Positions 8,923-17,884 of a DNA stretch of 32,000 nucleotides are shown one piece after another; positions within the stretch are counted from its first letter, which is position 1; every line of letters begins with the position of its first letter. The position numbers were made by a program, and so were the translations under genes. The DNA is from Candidatus Harpocratesius repetitus (GTDB lineage: Archaea; Asgardarchaeota; Lokiarchaeia; Sigyniarchaeales; Promethearchaeaceae). The stretch is from contig JAIZWK010000001.1 in assembly GCA_021498095.1 (NCBI GenBank), positions 3,330,001-3,362,000 of the forward strand, given 5' to 3'. Under the pieces are notes generated by a model that made no database searches, was not told the origin of the DNA, and saw only the letters and a list, made by a program, of their open reading frames with translations.

Positions 8923-9678
8923 TTATCGCTCATTCAATTTTGGAAATAATTTAGGTAAAATCGTAGGAATTTCTATAACACTCTTTAAAAGAAAATCTGG
9001 TTCCATCATCTCTAATTCTGTTTTTGAAGCATGACCACTGAGAACTCCTATTGATTTTACCTTTGCCAATTTAGCTGCAATAATATCTGATACATTATCT
9101 CCCACAAAGGCAACTAAATTCCGGTCGATTCGAGGAAATTGATAATGTTGTTTCATACGCACAAGCAACCCTAATAACACCCTTGGATTTGGTTTAACCC
9201 CTAAAACTTTCCGATCATCACGAGTAACCACACATTGAATTATATCATTAAGTCTTTTATACTCAAACCATTTTTCAACTCGATTTCCAAATGAATTAGA
9301 TGCTGCACCAAAAATTATTCCCTTCTCTGATAGATTACGAATCATTTCAATCGTTCCAGGAAAAAATTCATTATATTTCCAATCATATTTTTCCATTTGA
9401 CGTTTGAATTTTATAAAAAAGGTAATCCGGCGAATTCTACCTGGAATTAACTGCATAAATTCAGAAGTCATTGCTCGTAAACTACTTAAACTGCGAGCTT
9501 TTGCGGATTTTTCAAACATACGAATAATATCCAAAGGAGTTATCCCGGAAACGAGTGGTTGATTCCATTTAATCCAAGGATAGCGTAGAGCTTCAAATGC
9601 AGCTAATAAATGTCCTTGAGAATTCAACAAAACGCCATCAAGATCAAAAATAATTATGGGCGGATGGGAAACAATCAT
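8923..9678 (-). CDS. HAD-superfamily phosphatase (Gph-like), paralog 1, 251 aa
   Basis: Motif I DLDGVL, motif II ASNS, motif III KPNP, motif IV VGDNVSD. Confidence 0.92.
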   Translation of the reverse strand: MIVSHPPIIIFDLDGVLLNSQGHLLAAFEALRYPWIKWNQPLVSGITPLDIIRMFEKSAKARSLSSLRAMTSEFMQLIPGRIRRITFFIKFKRQMEKYDWKYNEFFPGTIEMIRNLSEKGIIFGAASNSFGNRVEKWFEYKRLNDIIQCVVTRDDRKVLGVKPNPRVLLGLLVRMKQHYQFPRIDRNLVAFVGDNVSDIIAAKLAKVKSIGVLSGHASKTELEMMEPDFLLKSVIEIPTILPKLFPKLNER

Positions 9679-9708
9679 TTTTTTATTCTATTATCTCCTA
9701 ATAAATTA

Positions 9709-10914
9709 TTATTTTGCTATATTGTTTTTTATAGCGGGAATATAATCATCTTCAAATTTTTGCACAATCATATCAAGATGTGCTTCAAGTGAATCGGTCC
9801 AAAATGGATCTTTTAATTGTTTCTCTTCAATATAGAAATTTCGATCTCGAAGATAAGTTGGAAGTGGAATACTGGAATCATCCCATTTTTTCTCAAGATA
9901 ATCCAACCATTCTGATGGTAAGGGCTCTTCAATTTGGACACCTAGCAAATTTGCTAAAATCATTGACCATGTTCGAGCAACAACACCAATATTATAACCC
10001 CCTCCACCTAAGACTAGAAATTTATCTCCTGCATAATCAGATGCTAAATTATTAACAATTTTAAAGATTTTTTCTTGCCCTTCAGTTGAAAGACCAGCAT
10101 TTGTTAATGGGTCCATGAAATGGGTATCAACTCCACATTGCATGACTAAAAAATCCGGACGATAGGCATCCATTACTGCAGGAACTATTCGTTCAAAAGC
10201 TTCAAGATAAAGGCGATCAAAAGTCCCAGGCAAAAAAGGAACATTCAATGCATAACCCTTTCCTTTTCCCTTACCGTTTTCGTTTATATGTCCTGAACCA
10301 GGAAATATTGTATGACCGTCTTGATGAAAGGATAGGGTTAGTACGTGGGGATTTTCATAGAAGATCCATTGAACTCCATCTCCATGATGACAATCCACAT
10401 CAAGATACATAATTTTAGTGCCAAGAGGATTATTATCTAAGAGATATTGAATTGCTACTGCCACATCATTTAAAATGCAAAATCCTGATGCCATACCAGG
10501 CATAGCGTGATGTAACCCTCCAGTAATATTAAAAGCGCGCGAATGTTCATCCTCAAGTAAATATTTAGCTCCAGAAATAGAAGCACCACAAACAGCCAAA
10601 GCTGCATCATACATTCCAGGAAAAATAGGATTATCTCCAGGACCCAACCCAAATTCAGGATAAGATTTATATGAAGGTCGAGCTAATTGATTTAATTCCT
10701 TTAGTTTATCTAAATAAGCTTGAGTGTGAATCCGTAATATTTGTTTTTCAGTAGCAGGTGAAGGATTTATGATTTTGATATTTGAATGATCAAGAAGGTG
10801 ATACGATTTCATCAATTCATAAGTAACTTCAATTCTAAGCGGAGTAAGTGGATGTCCTTCACCGAAATTATAACGGTTATAGTCTTCGGTATAGACAAAA
10901 CCAACGGGGTTCAT
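9709..10914 (-). CDS. Zn-dependent histone-deacetylase-family protein (AcuC / class I HDAC-like), 401 aa
   Basis: HPLTPLR, GGLHHA, GFCILND, DVDCHHGDGVQ, GVDTHFMDPL and GGGGY motifs are all intact. Confidence 0.95.
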   Translation of the reverse strand: MNPVGFVYTEDYNRYNFGEGHPLTPLRIEVTYELMKSYHLLDHSNIKIINPSPATEKQILRIHTQAYLDKLKELNQLARPSYKSYPEFGLGPGDNPIFPGMYDAALAVCGASISGAKYLLEDEHSRAFNITGGLHHAMPGMASGFCILNDVAVAIQYLLDNNPLGTKIMYLDVDCHHGDGVQWIFYENPHVLTLSFHQDGHTIFPGSGHINENGKGKGKGYALNVPFLPGTFDRLYLEAFERIVPAVMDAYRPDFLVMQCGVDTHFMDPLTNAGLSTEGQEKIFKIVNNLASDYAGDKFLVLGGGGYNIGVVARTWSMILANLLGVQIEEPLPSEWLDYLEKKWDDSSIPLPTYLRDRNFYIEEKQLKDPFWTDSLEAHLDMIVQKFEDDYIPAIKNNIAK

Positions 10915-10971
10915 ATTTTTAAATCAGCACAAAAGCAAAAAAAGTTTTAGAAAATTTTGTTAAATTTACAA

Positions 10972-11376
10972 TTAGATGATTTTTTTTACATTTGTAATGA
11001 AATTGTAAAAATCTTTAATTCTTTCATTAGCATATTGGAAAACAAGGTGATTATTTATTTTTCCATATTTATGCACAATAATATTTCTAAATCTCTTCAT
11101 TTCTTTTAAAACTTTAATATTATCCAATTTTCCTTTCAGTAAATCAAAAATATTTTCTTCATTTGTTGGTACTCCCAATTTAAAAATATTAATCAGAATA
11201 GCACTTATATCAATAATTTCTTCAATACATATCTGAAATAATCTTTCAAGAGCCAGTTGGTCCTTTTTTGATGAAATATATTCTTGTTCAGTTTTAGGAA
11301 TGATTTGCGAAAACAATGACAAATTCTCTTCCAATTCGGCAATTTTAATAAATAAACGCTGGTGTTTATGGCTCAT
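10972..11376 (-). CDS. hepT: HEPN-domain ribonuclease toxin (DUF86/HepT-like), 134 aa
   Basis: RX4H motif RNIIVH followed by KY; overlaps the upstream MNT gene by 11 bp. Confidence 0.85.
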   Translation of the reverse strand: MSHKHQRLFIKIAELEENLSLFSQIIPKTEQEYISSKKDQLALERLFQICIEEIIDISAILINIFKLGVPTNEENIFDLLKGKLDNIKVLKEMKRFRNIIVHKYGKINNHLVFQYANERIKDFYNFITNVKKII

Positions 11377-11779
11377 CTTTTAGGGCTTCCAAAAATGTGT
11401 TAAAATGAGGAGAGAATAAGTTAAATTCTTTGATTTTATTGTAATATATATCAAATAATCTATCATAATGCTTATTTAGTAAAATTGACCCAGTTTCTAT
11501 TATTTCATATTGAATATATAATGGTAAATTACAGAAAAAACGAATATCATATTTTTCTGGTAACAAAACTCTGTATCTCAGTTCCAATTTTGGATTAATC
11601 TTATCTTCAAATGAGATTAGACAAATATCAATATCTCGAAAAGAAATTTGAGAGAGAAAACTCCCAAAAACAACTATAGCAAGTATTTCGGGGTCATTTT
11701 CCACATTTATTAATAATTTAATTATATTACTATCAGATTTTAATTGATTTAACCGCATCTCTGTCAATATTTGCCGCAT
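11366..11779 (-). CDS. mntA: Minimal nucleotidyltransferase antitoxin (MntA-like), 137 aa
   Basis: FGS...DIDI signature and LPLYIQYEIIETG tail; lies directly upstream of the HEPN gene. Confidence 0.85.
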   Translation of the reverse strand: MRQILTEMRLNQLKSDSNIIKLLINVENDPEILAIVVFGSFLSQISFRDIDICLISFEDKINPKLELRYRVLLPEKYDIRFFCNLPLYIQYEIIETGSILLNKHYDRLFDIYYNKIKEFNLFSPHFNTFLEALKDEP

Positions 11780-11849
11780 TAAACTCTATCTAACATACAG
11801 CTAAATAAATATATAAATTTACTTAGTGATTATTTCTATTTATGGCAAA

Positions 11850-12275
11850 TTAATCATCATCTTTCAAATAATTTGATAAAGTGGTAACTTCTTCTCCTTG
11901 TTTCTTAATTCGGATTTGAGATTCAATTCCACGTGCTTTCCGCTCTAAAAACATAATTTCAGTCTTAGAGACTACATGTCGACGTATCATACCTCGATAA
12001 AGATATGCCATCAATAAATCAATCTCTTGAAGGATTTTGGGAGGAAAAAGACTTTGGCGCATTTTATTATAAACTTCTATATCTTGACTCTTTATATATT
12101 GAAGATATTGTAAAGCATCTGGTGCCAGCAACACATTGATCAATTGATCGATCTTTTCTGCTAAAGTGGGTATTTTCTGCTTAGCACGCTGCTCAGCCAA
12201 CTTTTTTTGTTTCAAAATAGCTTGCATTTTCTGCATCCGTAAGCGTTTTAACTCAATATCTTCTTCATTAGACAT
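11850..12275 (-). CDS. PDCD5-like (archaeal dsDNA-binding) protein, divergent
   Basis: DIELKRLRMQKM N-terminal helix and LLAPDALQYL (cf. PDCD5 ILTPEARERL). The ATG at 12275 is preferred over the GTG at 12284, whose GTGA could serve as the RBS. Confidence 0.6.
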   Translation of the reverse strand: MSNEEDIELKRLRMQKMQAILKQKKLAEQRAKQKIPTLAEKIDQLINVLLAPDALQYLQYIKSQDIEVYNKMRQSLFPPKILQEIDLLMAYLYRGMIRRHVVSKTEIMFLERKARGIESQIRIKKQGEEVTTLSNYLKDDD

Positions 12276-12383
12276 GTATATCACTTTTAACTAAATCGTT
12301 CTCATGAACAAAAAAATGAACAAACTTGAAAAATTTTCCGAAATTATAAGAAATAATCAAGTTTATAACGTGTTTTTTTTATT

Positions 12384-13508
12384 ATGCTGATTTCAACTGA
12401 TTTACATCCTCTGAAAATAGATTATCCTTTATCGAAAAATCTTCCAAAAAACTTAATAGATACACCATATAAAGAAGATTTTCGTGCTTCTTCAAAAAAA
12501 ATTCCATTTCGAGAACAATATGCAAATGAAACACGCCCACATATCATTAAACATATTCACTATCAATATGGAAAGATAAAGCAACGGAATGCAATATTAT
12601 ATTTCTACAATAAAAAACCAATTAGATTAATATATACTAAATCAAAAGACCCATTTGTAACAAAATTAATGAAAAATTTCCCGCCAAAAGTGAAATTTCC
12701 TCCAAATACTGCTTCTTCCCCAATTGCAAGAAGTCTTCGCGAAATAGCATTAAAATGGATTGTAGAGCAATTTTTTAACACTTTAGAATACCTGACTTTT
12801 GATGAACCTCGCTTAGAAGAAGTTAATCCTGATTGCTTACTTCTTCCAATGAAAGAAGCAAGCAAAATCTTATATGTTTCTAATAAGAAAAACTCCAGTA
12901 AACATCCAAATTTGGCAGAAATTGAAAGTGAACGCGCTTTATTTGTTGAAATTAAAGCTTATCATCAATCTACAAAAGTGGGAGAAAAAGAAGTTCTTCA
13001 GACTTATAATTATTCTAACAAAGGAGGAAAAGCACTGTTAATTACCACTGGAGAATTGGATACCTTAGAATCTTTAGATTTTCTTAATCGTAATTCTATC
13101 AAAAATTCAGGTGTTAGTGAAACATATAGTAAAGAAGTTTTTACAGATTTTGCGACACAAATAAAAAAGAAAAATAAAAGCTACATTAAAGACATTGACA
13201 TGTCTACTTCACAAGATTCATATGATACCCGAGGAATTTACATTTCTGCTCATAAAAAAATTAAAAAAATGTTTCGCTATACTAAATCGTGGCCAGGAAA
13301 AATTAATTATAAAATTTTAACCAGTCCTTTAGAAATCTTAGAATTTTTAACTGCAGATTGCAAATTAGGATTGGTAGAACCGCAAGCATTCCATAAACTC
13401 CTTGAACAGAGAAATTTACAAAATGCTGCAGATTTATTTAACCAAATTCGATCTCGCTATTTAGAAGAAATAATTATTGATCCCACAGTACTTTATCCAC
13501 GATTGTAA
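12384..13508 (+). CDS. PD-(D/E)xK nuclease-family protein (Mrr/restriction-endonuclease-like), 374 aa
   Basis: NPDCLL...FVEIKAY...KVGEKEVLQTYNY...ALLITTG matches the Mrr-catalytic layout by eye. Confidence 0.55.
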   Translation: MLISTDLHPLKIDYPLSKNLPKNLIDTPYKEDFRASSKKIPFREQYANETRPHIIKHIHYQYGKIKQRNAILYFYNKKPIRLIYTKSKDPFVTKLMKNFPPKVKFPPNTASSPIARSLREIALKWIVEQFFNTLEYLTFDEPRLEEVNPDCLLLPMKEASKILYVSNKKNSSKHPNLAEIESERALFVEIKAYHQSTKVGEKEVLQTYNYSNKGGKALLITTGELDTLESLDFLNRNSIKNSGVSETYSKEVFTDFATQIKKKNKSYIKDIDMSTSQDSYDTRGIYISAHKKIKKMFRYTKSWPGKINYKILTSPLEILEFLTADCKLGLVEPQAFHKLLEQRNLQNAADLFNQIRSRYLEEIIIDPTVLYPRL

Positions 13509-13536
13509 ATGTTTGGATGGAAATAAGTGATGTACG

Positions 13537-14133
13537 ATGCCAAAACCGACCCTACAAGAATACTTTCCATTATCAGACAAACCAGGTTCAGATTATTCTG
13601 ACGTGGACTACAAACATCTTAGACACATAGCAGAATCATCTAAAGCAGTTACCCCTCAAGAATTCCAACAATTACTTCACGATCATAAAGAATTTATTAA
13701 ATTAGGAGGTGGAGGAGGACAATGGCAGACAATGAATATAAATGGAGTGATATTGGGAATATATCTTGGTAAAAAAGAGATCAAAGGACAAGCAGTTTTG
13801 AATAATAGAAGACTAGATCAACTAAAATTAGCAGAAATTTCATTACCATATTCAAATTTAGTTGGTATATTAGCAGAGGGAATGGATTGGCATAGAATTA
13901 ATTTAAATCACAGTCTTATTACCGATTCAATGCTAAAAAATACTTGTTTTGATGATGCTACATGTATAGGAACAGATTTTTCTAGATCTGATTTGCGAAA
14001 TTGCTCATTCAGAAATGCTAACTTAAAATACGCAGATTTTGAAAACTGCAATTTAGAAGGCGCCGATTTCACTGGTGCAAATCTAAAAAATGCACGATTT
14101 CCAGGTGCTAATCTTGCAAATGTCGTATATTAA
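13537..14133 (+). CDS. Pentapeptide repeat protein, 198 aa
   Basis: The C-terminal half is A(D/N)(L/F)xx repeats (TDFSR SDLRN CSFRN ANLKY ADFEN CNLEG ADFTG ANLKN ARFPG ANLAN). Confidence 0.93.
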   Translation: MPKPTLQEYFPLSDKPGSDYSDVDYKHLRHIAESSKAVTPQEFQQLLHDHKEFIKLGGGGGQWQTMNINGVILGIYLGKKEIKGQAVLNNRRLDQLKLAEISLPYSNLVGILAEGMDWHRINLNHSLITDSMLKNTCFDDATCIGTDFSRSDLRNCSFRNANLKYADFENCNLEGADFTGANLKNARFPGANLANVVY

Positions 14134-14155
14134 AAAATAGTTAAGTAAAAAATAT

Positions 14156-14183
14156 AAAAAAAAATCATGAGAACCATGATTTT
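14156..14183 (-). terminator. Hairpin + U-tract terminator candidate between convergent genes
   Basis: Perfect 9-bp stem AAAATCATG (14161-14169) / CATGATTTT (14175-14183) with a 5-nt loop. On the minus strand the 3' arm runs into a U9 tract and overlaps the stop of the 14182 gene. Confidence 0.55.
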
Positions 14184-14976
14184 ATACATTAGCTGCTTTC
14201 TTCTTTTTCTTCAAAATTACAATTACAGTAATCACGATCCCAATAAATATTAAACCCCCAACAATGCTTGATCCACTCGAATTCTCTGAACTATTATCAC
14301 TTGAATCATCTGTCGAACTTGGAATAGTATCATCTGAAGATCCTGTATCACTGGATATTTCTGGGATATCATATTTGAGATGTGGAGGATTTGAAAAAGA
14401 ACTTAAATATTGGTTCTCTTTGGCTTGAATTGTTATCCAAGTTCCATCTACGGCTATATCTGGCGAAAATACCAAAGTTATCTCAGACTCACTCAAATAG
14501 TTAGACAGATTCAATGAAATTTCATCAGTAGATCCAGTAATTATTATATCAGTTAAATTTCCTGTATTACCACTATAAATTGATATAGCATTAATATCAT
14601 TATTTACAGTTGAAATCTGCAATTCTTCCCATTTTGCACCAATTATTACAGAAACGTGCACGGTCCAAGTAGCATCTCCATATGCAACACAAGAGCTTGA
14701 ATACATTAGAGAATTCGCATCATCCGGAATGGAACTTAAATCGAAAGTAATTAGGGACATACAAATTCCTTTAAATCCATCTCCAACATCTAGTGATTCA
14801 GCACCACCAAAATTATTATTTGGTTCAGCCAAAGCACCAGATAAAGATAAATATGTATCTTTTGAAGGTGCAATTTCATGAACTCCTGGTGTCCAATCAG
14901 CCTGCACTGCATAAATATTCAAAAAATTCAACATTAAAAAAATCAAAAATATTCTGAAAATAATTTGTCTTTTCAT
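14182..14976 (-). CDS. Exported, C-terminally anchored DNRLRE/CBM96-like surface protein
   Basis: Start reassigned to the ATG at 14976 (MKRQIIFRIF...AVQA signal peptide). DTYL...NNFGG...LDVG...LITFDLSSIP and WEE motifs, then a Ser/Asp/Thr linker, a TM helix and a KKKKK tail. Confidence 0.72.
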   Translation of the reverse strand: MKRQIIFRIFLIFLMLNFLNIYAVQADWTPGVHEIAPSKDTYLSLSGALAEPNNNFGGAESLDVGDGFKGICMSLITFDLSSIPDDANSLMYSSSCVAYGDATWTVHVSVIIGAKWEELQISTVNNDINAISIYSGNTGNLTDIIITGSTDEISLNLSNYLSESEITLVFSPDIAVDGTWITIQAKENQYLSSFSNPPHLKYDIPEISSDTGSSDDTIPSSTDDSSDNSSENSSGSSIVGGLIFIGIVITVIVILKKKKKAANV

Positions 14977-15156
14977 TATTTTAATCACACATCCTGGCTC
15001 TATCGAAATAGAGTTAATTATTAATATTGTCGGGGTATTTAAGCACAATGGAAGAAAATATAATCAAAATAAGAATAAAATAATTAAAAATCAAAAATAA
15101 AGAATAAAGCAAAAAAAAAAGGAATAAATAGTTAAATTTCAGAAAATCTATGATAA

Positions 15157-16701
15157 TTATCTACCTTGAATTGGTGTACCACAACTTTCACAGAATTTTC
15201 CACTTGCAGGTAATTTTGCACCACAGTAGTTACAATAAGTTCTGTTTCCTGGAGTTGTTTTGATCGGGACGCCTAAAGATCGCCCTTCCTTCTTTTTACC
15301 GCAATTCGGACAGTAAACTGCATCTGCTTCCATCTCAGTTCCGCACTGACTACATTTTGTAACTCCGGTTTTTGAAGTTAAACTAACAGATGATGCACTA
15401 GTAGCTTTTGATGTTGATGTAGATAAAGTGGATGATAATGTTGATGCGGCGGAGGGTTTCTTTAATTTATCTTTATTCGCTTTCTGTTTTCTTCGAGCAA
15501 TAATGGTAATTGCCAAAAAACCACCTGCAATAATTAAGATCCAAATTAAAGTTGGTCGAGCATTTGCCCATTGATCTTCGACAGATACTGGATGACTGGA
15601 AGTATCATAAGTCACATCAAAAGTTATATCCACATTATCATCAGGATTGTATAGCGGATCAGCATATACAAAGAAATACCATGTTCCACTTGTAGGAACT
15701 ACAATGCTAGTCTGTGATATAGAAGTTACTCCATATTCATAGTATAGTGCTGATGAAAAATCAGGAACATCTGCCATGAATATATTCAAAAATACATTCA
15801 CATTTGCAGCTGAGCCTTCATGGGAGTTGTAAACTACAATATAATAATCTTGATAACCATCTGGAATGTTCAAAGCCCCAGTTGAACCAAGTGAATTAAT
15901 ATCTTCTGTGTATGGAGTATAGCCGTTATAATAATACCAATTATAGAAATTATTTCCATCCATGATTAGAAAATCAATAGGAATATCACTTGAATATTGA
16001 TATGAAATTTGCGAGCCTGGATTTAAAAAGATCTGGTAATATTGAAAATCATTGTAATTCAAAACAGGTGTGAAAGTAACCTGCAGATTCTGATCAACTA
16101 ATGGAAATTCATCAAACGGATGGTTTGCTATTGCAAAACTTATCGGTCCAGGAGAAGATTGAATTGAAAAATCAATACTATCTCCTGCTGAAATTGTTTC
16201 ATACTCATACCAATACTCATTTACATAAAGTGTTTCAGTAGAGCGATAATTGATTTCACCAGTTGAATTTGAACTAAACGGATATGAAATCGCTATACCA
16301 AAAAGGGGGAGAAAGATCAACAAAAACACAATTAGAAATACAGTCCCACTTACCCAATATGCCGGTGCATAATACCATGGCCGATAATAATATCCGTACC
16401 ACCAATGGCGGCGATAATACCATGGCCGATAATAATAGCCATAATAATGTCGATGTGGATAATAATAATGATGAGAATATGGTCCCCGTCGACTACTACT
16501 AGAATAAGTTCGACTTGCTCCTGTTCTTCCGAAAGGTCTTCCACCTGAAGAACGGGGTGAAAATGAGGAACTGCCACGAAAACTACTTGATCGAGAGAAA
16601 CTACTTGATCGAAAACCCCCTGAAAATCCCCGAGATCCACCGCCGTGAAATCCACCACCGTGAAATCCGCCGCCGCCAAAGCCGCCGCCACCACGGGGCA
16701 T
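15157..16701 (-). CDS. Two-TM membrane protein: Gly/Ser/Arg- and Tyr/Trp/His-rich N-terminus, beta-rich (GOLD-like) central region, double zinc ribbon C-terminus
   Basis: The start is probably the ATG at 16701 (GGAGGT 7 nt upstream; 1 nt after the CBS gene stop). TM1 VSGTVFLIVFLLIFLPLFGI, TM2 LIWILIIAGGFLAITII; CSQC/CPNC and CNYC/CESC pairs. Confidence 0.85.
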   Translation of the reverse strand: MPRGGGGFGGGGFHGGGFHGGGSRGFSGGFRSSSFSRSSSFRGSSSFSPRSSGGRPFGRTGASRTYSSSSRRGPYSHHYYYPHRHYYGYYYRPWYYRRHWWYGYYYRPWYYAPAYWVSGTVFLIVFLLIFLPLFGIAISYPFSSNSTGEINYRSTETLYVNEYWYEYETISAGDSIDFSIQSSPGPISFAIANHPFDEFPLVDQNLQVTFTPVLNYNDFQYYQIFLNPGSQISYQYSSDIPIDFLIMDGNNFYNWYYYNGYTPYTEDINSLGSTGALNIPDGYQDYYIVVYNSHEGSAANVNVFLNIFMADVPDFSSALYYEYGVTSISQTSIVVPTSGTWYFFVYADPLYNPDDNVDITFDVTYDTSSHPVSVEDQWANARPTLIWILIIAGGFLAITIIARRKQKANKDKLKKPSAASTLSSTLSTSTSKATSASSVSLTSKTGVTKCSQCGTEMEADAVYCPNCGKKKEGRSLGVPIKTTPGNRTYCNYCGAKLPASGKFCESCGTPIQGR

Positions 16702-16702
16702 A

Positions 16703-17707
16703 TTACTTACCTCCTGCTCCATTTACCGCTGGTTCTGCGGCTTTGATATCATTATCCATTGATTGACGGAATACATTATCCCGGAATAAAGCCAAAATGA
16801 TAAAACCAATCGCTAAAATAGAGAGTATCAAACCTAATACATTTACAGAAACACTACTTGTAACTGCCATAACATTCATACCAATCGCGAGAATAATCCA
16901 TTCAATAATAAGAGATCCGATCATTATAGAGGGTATAATTACTCTGACAGTTTGACTGGTTTTAAAATGCTGAAAATCTGAAAAACTCGAATATACAATT
17001 GAAAAGAAGCCCAAAATTCCAGCAATCAGTGTGATTATACTCCAAATAATAACCACGATCCAAAATCCATATCTTCCTGCAACATCTAAATAAGAGATAT
17101 AATAATTAGCACCATGTGCATCTAGCAAGAAAAAGTGCAAGACTCGTTCATTTGCTATATTTTGTGGAATACCATTAAAGAATCCAACTGCACCAATCAA
17201 AGGAAGAATGAATCCTAAAATTAATGCAAAAGTGGCGCAAATACTAGCAAACCAGAATTCTGCATTTTTCGGATTATCAACTGGGATTAACCCAATTTCA
17301 TCTATATTTTCATCAGGAATGTAACTCCATACATCTTGGATAGTAACTACTCCTAATAACTTATCTTTTTCGATTACAGGAACGACATTTACATTTAAGT
17401 CCCTCATTCGTTCGAACGCATCGACAACATTAGTTTCCGTTGTAACTGGCTCTATTGTATACATCGCAGTAGTAACTTTAACAGTTGCAGGATCTTTTCC
17501 ATCTGCGACTATGTTCTGCACAATATCGAAATCTGCAATTACTCCTAACACTTTTTTAGTTTCTTTATCAATCACAACTAAATCAGGAATTGCTAGTTCT
17601 TTCATTTTTTGTGCTGCTTGAACGATCGTAGCATCCGAATCGATAATACTATATTCATCATCGATTACTAGATCCTTCACAAAATAATCCGGTTTCTCTT
17701 TCGTCAT
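16703..17707 (-). CDS. CBS-pair protein with four C-terminal TM helices
   Basis: Two CBS domains (DATIVQAAQKM...LVVID...GVIADFDI; DAFERMRDLNVNVVPVI...GVVTIQDV) followed by four hydrophobic segments. ATG at 17707 with AGGTGA upstream. Confidence 0.88.
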   Translation of the reverse strand: MTKEKPDYFVKDLVIDDEYSIIDSDATIVQAAQKMKELAIPDLVVIDKETKKVLGVIADFDIVQNIVADGKDPATVKVTTAMYTIEPVTTETNVVDAFERMRDLNVNVVPVIEKDKLLGVVTIQDVWSYIPDENIDEIGLIPVDNPKNAEFWFASICATFALILGFILPLIGAVGFFNGIPQNIANERVLHFFLLDAHGANYYISYLDVAGRYGFWIVVIIWSIITLIAGILGFFSIVYSSFSDFQHFKTSQTVRVIIPSIMIGSLIIEWIILAIGMNVMAVTSSVSVNVLGLILSILAIGFIILALFRDNVFRQSMDNDIKAAEPAVNGAGGK

Positions 17708-17884
17708 ATTAATCACAAATCACCTTGTAAAAAATTTTTCAAAATTCTTAAAGATTTTTTGATATTAAAAATTCAAATTATATCAAAAAAATATTCTACG
17801 TAATATTTTGCACTATCTTCCAGTTTAAAGTTTTTGTCTGTTTTAAATACAAGAAATATTTACTATTTTAAATATAATTTTATT

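Noticed and set aside
14977-15048. 24-residue N-terminal extension given by the ORF track
   Set aside because: The signal peptide begins at the ATG at 14976; the extension is probably untranslated.
16369-16437. 24-bp direct repeats with 45-bp period, superficially CRISPR-like
   Set aside because: Only two copies, in frame inside a CDS (YYYRPWYY), with no cas genes.
16284-16766. Three alternative ORFs (16284-16502 +, 16350-16694 -, 16515-16766 +)
   Set aside because: They are shadows of the GC-rich low-complexity segment of the 15157-16701 gene, which lacks stops in other frames.
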